Below are positions 45,001 through 51,138 of a DNA stretch of 64,000 bases, piece after piece. How positions within the stretch are numbered: the stretch's first letter is position 1; each line of letters begins with the position of its first letter. Origin of the DNA: Squalus acanthias (taxonomy: Eukaryota); contig CM059432.1 in assembly GCA_030390025.1 (NCBI GenBank), positions 142,974,001 to 143,038,000 of the forward strand. The letters are read 5' to 3'. Made by a program: the position numbers and the translations under genes. The notes under the pieces are model-generated. The model ran no database searches and was not told the origin of the DNA. It saw only the letters and a list, made by a program, of their open reading frames with translations.

Positions 45001-46687
45001 TCCAGAATATTCGACTCCTGATCTGAACACACAGTTCCAGATTATTCTAGTCCTGATCTGAACACACAGTTCCAGATTATTCTAGTCCTGATGTGTACAC
45101 ACAGTTCCAGATTATTCTAGTTCTGATCTCTTTTTACTGTTCCAGATTATTCTACTCCTGATCTGTACACGCAGTTCCAGTTTATTCTAGTTCTGATCTC
45201 TATACACAGTTCCAGAATATTCTAGTCCTGATTAGAGCGTACAGTCCCAGATTATTCTAGCACTGACCTTTGCACACAGTTCCAGATCATTCTAGACCTG
45301 ACCTGTACACACAGTTCCAGATTATTCTAGTCGTGATCTGTACAAAGTTCCAGATTATTCTAGCACTGACCTTTGCACACAGTTCCAGATAATTCTATTC
45401 CTGATCGGTACACACAGTTCCAGATTATTCTAGTTCTGATCTGTACACAAAGTTGAAGATTATTTTAGTCCTGGTCTGTACACACTTTTCCAGAATATTC
45501 CAGTCCTGATCTGTACACACAGTTCCAGATTATTCTAATTCGGATCTCTACACACAGTTCCAGTATATTCTAGTTCTGATCTGTACACATAGTTCCAGAT
45601 TATTCTTGTTTTTATCCTTGCACACAGTTTGAGATTATTCTAGTCCTGATCTGTACATTCACTTCCAGATTATTCTAGTCCTGATCTAGACACACCGTTC
45701 CAGATTATTCTCGTCCTGATCTGAACACACAGTTCCAGATTATTCTAGTTCTGATCTCTACATACAGTTCCAGATTATTCTAGTCTGGATCCGTACACAC
45801 AGTTCCAGATAATTCTAGTCCTGATCTGTACATTCACTTCCAGATTATTCTAGTCCTGATCTATACACACCGTTCCAGATTATTCTCGTTCTGATCTGAT
45901 CACACATTTCCAGACTATTCTAGTTCTGATCTCTACCCAGAGTTGCAGAATATTCTAGTCCTGATCTGTACACATAGTTCCAGATTACTCTTGTTTTGAT
46001 CATTACACACAGTTATAGATTATTCTGGTACTGGACTGCATACAATGTGCCAGATTATTCTAGTACTGATCTGCACACACCTTTCCAAATTATTCTAATC
46101 CTGATGTGTACACACAGTTCCAGATTATTCTAATCCTGATCTGTACACACCGTTCTAGATTATTTCAGTACTGATCTGTACACACAGTTCAGCATTATTC
46201 TAGTTCTGATCTGTACACACAGTTCCAGATTATTCTAGTTCTGATCTCTACATACAGTTCCAGATTATTCTAGTCTGGATCCGTACACACAGTTCCAGAT
46301 AATTCTAGTCCTGATCTGTACACGCAGTTCCAGATTATTCTAGACCTGATCTGTACACGCCGTTCCAGATTATTCTAGTCCTGATCTGTACACACAGTTC
46401 CAGAATATTCTAGTCCTGATCTGTACACATACATCCAGATCATTCTTTTTTTGATCATTACACTCAGTTCTAGATTATTCTAATCCTGAGCTGCACACAC
46501 AGTTCCAGATTATTCTAGTCCTGATCTGAACACACAGTTTCAGATTATTCTAGTCCTGATCTGGACACACAGTTCCAGATTATTCTAGTCCTGATGTGTA
46601 CACACAGTTCCCGATTATTCTAGTTCTGATCTCTATATACTGTTCCAGGTTATTCTAGTCCTGATCTGTACACCCAGTTCCAGATTA
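1..46687. repeat. 35-bp tandem satellite array, left arm (consensus GTTCCAGATTATTCTAGTCCTGATCTGTACACACA)
   Basis: The 35-mer repeats head-to-tail in one orientation from base 1 to the insertion junction. Diagnostic variant monomers recur (e.g. TTCTTGTTTTGATCATTACAC, CTGGTACTGGACTGCATACAAAGTGCC, AGCACTGACCTTTGCAC). The consensus is 14/35 GC with no CpG. Confidence 0.99.
46682..46687 (+). repeat. 6-bp TSD of the SINE, left copy (AGATTA)
   Basis: AGATTA precedes the insert and recurs at 51133-51138. Removing the insert and one copy restores an intact monomer. Confidence 0.85.
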
Positions 46688-46708
46688 ACATAGAAACATA
46701 GAAACATA
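46688..46708 (-). mobile_element. Detached 3' tail of the same SINE: (TTTCTATG)n 8-bp repeats
   Basis: ACATAGAAACATAGAAACATA is 8-bp periodic, like CR1-clade octamer tails. Removing the Harbinger and one ATA joins it directly to GAATCTAGGAGCAG at 50867. Confidence 0.8.
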
Positions 46709-46720
46709 GGGGTAGAAATT
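46709..46720 (+). repeat. Left TIR of the Harbinger element
   Basis: GGGGTAGAAATT, inverted match to 50852-50863 with one mismatch, immediately preceded by ATA. Confidence 0.9.
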
Positions 46721-47071
46721 AGGTCGCGCCCCATTTGGGGCGCAAATATCGTCCGAGCGCAAATATTAGCGCCTGGCGCTAATTATCGGCACTGACAGGA
46801 AACTTCACTTTTACCGCCCTGGGAGGTGAGTGGAGCGCTAAATTAGGCGCTGCACACCTCTCTTAAGGCGCAAAGGCCTAGGAGTGAGGCGCTACCTCAG
46901 CGCACGAGCGCAGCGCAGCTGCTGCCAGTTAGCGAGGGAACACAGACACACTGGCGCCGGACACTTCTTAAAGCGGGGGGGGGGGGGGCCACTTGCTCCC
47001 CAGCCACACCCTGCTCATTGCAGCCTTGAATCTCAGCCTGGAGAGACCTGTAATCCATTTTGCTGCCAAGC

Positions 47072-48874
47072 ATGGAGAGGGTGAGAGAACGCGCTCATCG
47101 CTTCACCGAGCGGGCCTTGGATGCTCTGGTTGACGCAGTGGAGCGCAGACGATGCATGCTGTTCCCGGAGAGTGGCAGGAGGCCTTTGCCATGCGAGTTC
47201 AGAAGAGTGTGGAGGGAGGTGGCTCAGAGCATCTCCTCCAGGAGCATGGTGCCCAGGACCCATGTTCAGTGCCGCAAAAAGTTCAACGACCTCACTCGGG
47301 TCGTCAGGGTGAGTGGCTTTTTCTCAATACCTCTCCATCCCTCCATCTCAACCTCACTCTATGGCCAGAGGGTCTTAAAACCCCAATGCACAACACTCAT
47401 GCAACACCTATGGCCCTTTCATCAAACACACACACACATTCCACACTTTGCATACAGTAAGGGCTATTCACCTATGGGAGGCACATCAGGCAAGACCATG
47501 GCTGCATATTGTAAGGGCTATTCACCTATGGGAGGCACATCAGGCAAGACCATGGCTGTATATTTACTCAGATGCTGTCCTTTTTCTTGCAGGCTAAGCT
47601 GGCTCATAATCGGAGACAGCAGCAACGGACGGGTGGAGGGCGGCTTCAGCTGCAACCCCTCAGCGATCTGGAGGAGCGCGTCCACAGGATTGTGGCAAGC
47701 CGGGTGATCGGTCCCGTCGCCACTGGGGATGCCGACCCCGTTGTGGACAGCAATGGTAAGGTCATCACCTTTTTGTCCTCTGTCCTTCCACTTGTCCCTC
47801 ACAATACCAGCCTTTGACACTTTCAATCCAACTTGCTAACTCGCTGCACTTATTCCTCCCTTACTGCCACCCTGTCCTCACGCTAAAGCCACTCTTGTAC
47901 CTCCCTGCTTTCAGATGGTGATTCACCAGCTGAGGAGACGGGCCCTGAAGCTGCCACTGGGAGTGATGCTGCAGCTGAGGAGGAAGAGGAAGCCGGAGCA
48001 TCAGTGCCACCCTCTCCCGAGGAAGCCCATGGCCACACTGGGAACACGCCTTCCCCGGAGGGGAGCAGGGGGGAAGGGGCTGATGATGGTGAAGCTCCAG
48101 GACCCAGCGGGCTGCAGCAACGCCATGGGGGGGGGGAGGGAAGAACGGGAGCCTTCTCCCCAGAGGGAGAGTATGCCAGACACTCCTACTGCAATGGACG
48201 CAGAGGAGGAGCGGCTGATTGCAGAAATGAACAGCCAGGCGGTGGGCATGCACACTGAGCTCATGGGTGCAGTGGGAAGGGTGCCTGAATGCATTGAGGC
48301 ACTGGCAAGGAGTGTGGAGCACTTCGCTGTAGCACAGGCGGATGCCACACTAAAGCTTAGTGCTGCAATTCAGTCACTGGCTGCCAGGAACCCATCTGAG
48401 ACTGCTCTCATGCAGACTCAGGTTGAGGCCACGCGAGCACTGACTGCTGCCATCCTCGATGGTTCGTGCACATGTCCCCGGGGCTGTCACCGCGCCGCAG
48501 CAGGCCAGCAATCTGTTCTCCGGCAAATTGCTCCGGATGCTGAAGTGCTGCCCCGTGGGAGTGCCAGTGTGTCGGGCGAGCAGGGAGTTGCTGTCCTCTC
48601 TCACGATGACAGCATTCCTGCTGCCAACACTGTCACTTCTCCACTGCACTTGCCACCGCCTGTAGGACAGACTGCTGCCGCCCATGCAGAGTTGGTGCAG
48701 TCTGCAGCCGGGCCCTCCAGGCCCAGAAGTGGTCGAGGCCGTCCTTCAGGGGCATCTGCAGTGTCAGGGTCTGACGAGCAGCAGCCTTCCACCAGCCTTG
48801 CTGCAGCCACTGAGGTCCCATTACGGAGGAGCAGTAGGGTTAGAAGGGGGGAAGTGCGCAAGGGAAGGAGATAA
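47072..48874 (+). CDS. Harbinger Myb/SANT-like DNA-binding partner protein; predicted exons 47072-47308, 47593-47755, 47915-48874, with an apparent 1-nt frameshift at G10 (48127-48136)
   Basis: Exon 1 (79 codons) encodes RFTERALDALVDAVERR...W.EVA..I.......RT..QCRKKFNDL, a Myb/SANT-like trihelix pattern, and ends at AGG|GTGAGT. Acceptor TTTTTCTTGCAG| opens exon 2 in phase 0 (AKLAHNRRQQQRTGGG...LSDLEERV), with the TGGG motif typical of these proteins. Donor AATG|GTAAGG and acceptor CCCTGCTTTCAG| join in phase 1. As assembled it stops at 48258 (247 aa); with one G fewer it reads to TAA at 48874 (452 aa). Confidence 0.82.
47457..47564 (+). repeat. 2 x 54-bp tandem duplication inside predicted intron 1 of the Myb-like gene
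   Basis: GTAAGGGCTATTCACCTATGGGAGGCACATCAGGCAAGACCATGGCTGYATATT at 47457-47510 and 47511-47564, one mismatch. Confidence 0.95.
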
Positions 48875-49022
48875 CCCTCGAAGGGCAAAAAGTAGGAGGT
48901 GTGCCAAAATGCTGGTCATTCTTTTATTAAAGGCCGAGGTTCATGGCCCAACTTTTGTTTAGTGTTTTGGACATTATCTCCAGGTTGTGAGAACCAGTTA
49001 TGTTATTGACTGTTTTTTTGTG

Positions 49023-49078
49023 TTTATTTCTATGAGTTTGTCATGAGGAATTGACACACACAGAGTTTGTAAAATAAA
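49023..49078. terminator. Candidate polyadenylation signals for the two convergent genes
   Basis: Plus-strand AATAAA at 49073-49078 and minus-strand AATAAA (TTTATT) at 49023-49028, in the AT-rich spacer between the two stop codons. Further candidates lie at 48923-48931. Confidence 0.5.
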
Positions 49079-49189
49079 TAAGTTTCTGTATTCAAAATAT
49101 ACATGGCTGGTGGTTGGAATTATTGGTGCCTTGGCCGGCTTAGGGGTTGCGTGCTGGGTTGATTCGTGTTTGTAGCAATGGCAGGGGCC

Positions 49190-50350
49190 CTAGAAGCGGC
49201 TTGCTATTAGTCGTTGACGGACGGCCCTTGCAGTTTGACCATTGTGGGCCGCCCTCCTGCCTTGGTGCTGCTGATGATCATCGTCCTCGTCCTCTTCCTC
49301 CTCTTCCTCCTCCTCCTCTGGTGGTGCTACAAGGCCTGGTGGCATTGGCTGGGTCCTGAGGATTGCCATGTTGTGCAACATGCAGCACACGACTACGAAG
49401 TTCGAAACTTGCTCAGGCGAGTACTGCAGGGCTCCTCCGGAATGGTCCAGACAGCGGAACCGTTGTTTCAGCACGCCGATTGTGCGCTCAATAATGTTCC
49501 TGGTTGCTTGATGGCTTTCCTGGTACCGCAGCTCAGCAGGGGCGTTTGGCGCACGGAGCGGTGTCATCAGCCAGGTGCTCAATGCGTACCCCTTGTCCCC
49601 CAGAAGCCAACCAACTGGCTGATGCGGTGCCTCGAAAAGTTCTGCCACAGTAGTCTGGCGCAGGATGAAAGCATCGTGGCAGCTGCCCGGATAGTGGGCA
49701 TTGACAGCGAGAATCACCTGTCTGTGGTCACAGACCAACTGCACATTCAAGGAATGGAACCCCTTTCTGTTCCTGAATTCCTCTGCATTCTCTCGCGGAG
49801 CACGCAAAGCCACATGCGTGCAGTCAATGGCGCCCTGCACCATGGGGAAGCCCGCTACCCTCGCAAAGCCCATAGCACGGTCATGCTGCTTGTCTGGGGT
49901 CATAGGGAAAGAGATGAAGTCTCGTCTCCTTCTGAAGAGGGCATTGGTGACCTGCCGGATGCAGCGATGCACCGCAAACTGGGAGATATTGGCGAGGTCC
50001 CCAACAGCAGCTTGGAATGAGCCAGTGGCGTAGAAGTTCAAAGCCACTGTGACCTTCACTGCCACCGACAGAGACGTCCTGGACCTCAGCTGAGGCTGCA
50101 GATCTGGCTGCAGCAGGTGGCAGAGCTCAGTGACCACCTCCTTGCTGAATCGCAGCCTTCGCAAACACAGCTCCTCGGACATATGGATGTAGGAGAGCTG
50201 TTCACGATATACCCTGGGAGGGTAAGCTCTCCTGTACATGCGCCTGATGGCCCTCCTCCGTCTGGCCATCATTGCCACTCTCTGTCTGCGTCTCACTATC
50301 CTCCGATTCAGCTGGAGCAGGACGACGCCCCCAATCATTGCAGCCCCCAT
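49190..50350 (-). CDS. PIF/Harbinger (HARBI1-like, DDE_Tnp_4 type) transposase, 386 aa, intronless
   Basis: Uninterrupted ORF with family motifs RRLRFSKE, VALNFYATGSFQ (helix-turn-helix region), GAIDCTH, NRKGFHSLNVQLVCD, PGSCHDAFIL, LLGDKGY, RNIIERTIGVLKQRFRCL and CCMLHN, plus an acidic C-terminal tract. It lies inside TIRs, so it is a transposon copy and not the domesticated host HARBI1 gene. Confidence 0.95.
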   Translation of the reverse strand: MGAAMIGGVVLLQLNRRIVRRRQRVAMMARRRRAIRRMYRRAYPPRVYREQLSYIHMSEELCLRRLRFSKEVVTELCHLLQPDLQPQLRSRTSLSVAVKVTVALNFYATGSFQAAVGDLANISQFAVHRCIRQVTNALFRRRRDFISFPMTPDKQHDRAMGFARVAGFPMVQGAIDCTHVALRAPRENAEEFRNRKGFHSLNVQLVCDHRQVILAVNAHYPGSCHDAFILRQTTVAELFEAPHQPVGWLLGDKGYALSTWLMTPLRAPNAPAELRYQESHQATRNIIERTIGVLKQRFRCLDHSGGALQYSPEQVSNFVVVCCMLHNMAILRTQPMPPGLVAPPEEEEEEEEEDEDDDHQQHQGRRAAHNGQTARAVRQRLIASRF

Positions 50351-50454
50351 ATTCTCTTTGCCAGAAAAGTAATGAAGTACAGCAACTAAAGTAGCAACAA
50401 AGTTAGGATGAACTAGGCAAAACTACCTCACAAAGCGTTGAGTCAATGTAGAAG

Positions 50455-50492
50455 TCTCTCTCTCTCTCTCTCCGAATCTCTCTCTCTCTCTC
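50455..50492. repeat. Interrupted (TC)n/(GA)n microsatellite upstream of the transposase start
   Basis: (TC)9-CGAA-(TC)8, read directly. Confidence 0.95.
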
Positions 50493-50545
50493 AGAACGAG
50501 TGGTGCATAAATGTCGACCACAGAAAAAGACAGGAAGAGGCCCCC

Positions 50546-50707
50546 TTTAAATAGTGACCCCCCCCAGCCCCACACCGATTGATAACGTTCCAGTCTTCCG
50601 GTCGTTGGAAGCGCCAGGCGGTAAGGCAGGGGGCGCCACTCAATTTCCGCTCCGGGGCGCCCCAAGGGCATTGCACCATGGAATGACGTCACAATCTGCG
50701 CGCGCAG
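50546..50707 (-). promoter_or_regulatory. Candidate transposase promoter
   Basis: Minus-strand TATTTAAA at 50546-50553, about 200 bp upstream of the ATG; perfect CRE TGACGTCA at 50684-50691; palindrome CTGCGCGCGCAG at 50696-50707; CpG-rich context. Function is inferred. Confidence 0.45.
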
Positions 50708-50851
50708 GTGGTCGCAGCGGTAAGTTATAGCGCCGCCGCACAATCTCAAGTTAAGTTCTCGAGCGGCGCAAACAGCGCTGCGCCCGGGCGTTAGCGGCTT
50801 AACGCCCCATTAGCGCCCTCTTAAGGCGCTAACGGGAGGTGCAACCAAGTG

Positions 50852-50863
50852 AATTTTTACCCC
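50852..50863 (-). repeat. Right TIR of the Harbinger element
   Basis: AATTTTTACCCC, immediately followed by ATA. Confidence 0.9.
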
Positions 50864-50866
50864 ATA

Positions 50867-51132
50867 GAATCTAGGAGCAGGAGTAGGCCATTCGGCCCGT
50901 CAAGCCTGCTCCACCATTCAATACGATCATGGCTGATCATTCAAATCCAGTACCCTGTCCCTGCTTTAATTCCCCACAGTACACATATCCCACCCTATCC
51001 CCGTAACCCCACATATTTAATTCCCCCTAACATATCCCATCCTATCCCCATAACCCCACATATTTAATCCCCCCTAACACTAAGGGTCAATTTATCATAG
51101 CCAAATCAACCTAACCCGCACATTTTTGGACT
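50867..51132 (-). mobile_element. Body of a 5'-truncated SINE (shark HE1/V-SINE-like) with a CR1-LINE-related 3' end
   Basis: The plus-strand text GAATCTAGGAGCAGGAGTAGGCCATTCGGCCC...CCACCATTCAATACGATCATGGCTGATCAT resembles the reverse complement of chondrichthyan CR1/HER1-type 3' ends, including a GGCC-GAAT-GGCC stem-loop. CACTAAGGGTCAATTTATCATAGCCAAATCAACCTAACCCGCACATTTTTGGACT resembles the HE1/V-SINE body. The family is recognised from memory, not from a database search. No tRNA-derived head is present. Confidence 0.72.
50983..51076. repeat. 2 x 47-bp tandem duplication inside the SINE
   Basis: ACATATCCCACCCTATCCCCGTAACCCCACATATTTAATTCCCCCTA (50983-51029) is followed by a copy with three substitutions (51030-51076). 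Confidence 0.9.
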
Positions 51133-51138
51133 AGATTA
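51133..51138 (+). repeat. 6-bp TSD of the SINE, right copy (AGATTA)
   Basis: Directly follows the truncated SINE end (...TTTGGACT) and duplicates 46682-46687. Confidence 0.85.

Larger units (their letters stand above)
46709..50863. mobile_element. Full-length two-gene PIF/Harbinger DNA transposon (4155 bp)
   Basis: Left end GGGGTAGAAATT (46709-46720) and right end AATTTTTACCCC (50852-50863; reverse complement GGGGTAAAAATT) match at 11/12. ATA flanks both sides (46706-46708, 50864-50866). It contains a DDE transposase plus a Myb/SANT-like gene, the standard Harbinger gene pair. Confidence 0.95.

Noticed and set aside
1..46687. CRISPR array (35-bp repeat length, partial dyad symmetry)
   Set aside because: Monomers abut directly with no unique spacers, no cas genes are present, and the context is eukaryotic (spliceosomal introns, SINE).
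46975..46988. G14 run upstream of the Myb-like ATG as a regulatory element
   Set aside because: It is a single homopolymer of unreliable length with no supporting evidence of function.
47060..47707. 215-aa unspliced Myb-like ORF as the main product
   Set aside because: Domain-like sequence ends at a consensus donor (47309). The rest reads through intron-like sequence with a CA run and the 54-bp duplication, while the conserved TGGG segment lies in another frame.
47915..48874. Independent 319-aa gene starting at ATG 47915
   Set aside because: The ATG directly follows a strong splice acceptor, and the first ~70 codons are out of frame with the spliced gene. Only the part after the G10 run looks like real coding sequence.
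49214..50020. 268-aa plus-strand ORF and neighbours at 49147, 49701 and 50117
   Set aside because: They are antisense shadows of the transposase. The hydrophobic stretch mirrors the acidic GAG/GAC tract.
49190..50350. Host HARBI1 gene or bacterial IS5-family contamination
   Set aside because: TIRs, a TSD and an intron-containing Myb-like partner show a eukaryotic transposon copy.
46709..50863. Element length (4155 bp) nearly equals the ~4.16-kb satellite duplication offset
   Set aside because: No mechanism links them, and several other offsets exist (0.77, 1.22, 3.64, 4.88 kb), so it is treated as coincidence.
50423..51067. Short ORFs at 50423, 50491 and 50849
   Set aside because: They cross a microsatellite, the promoter region, or the TIR/SINE junction and show no recognisable protein features.
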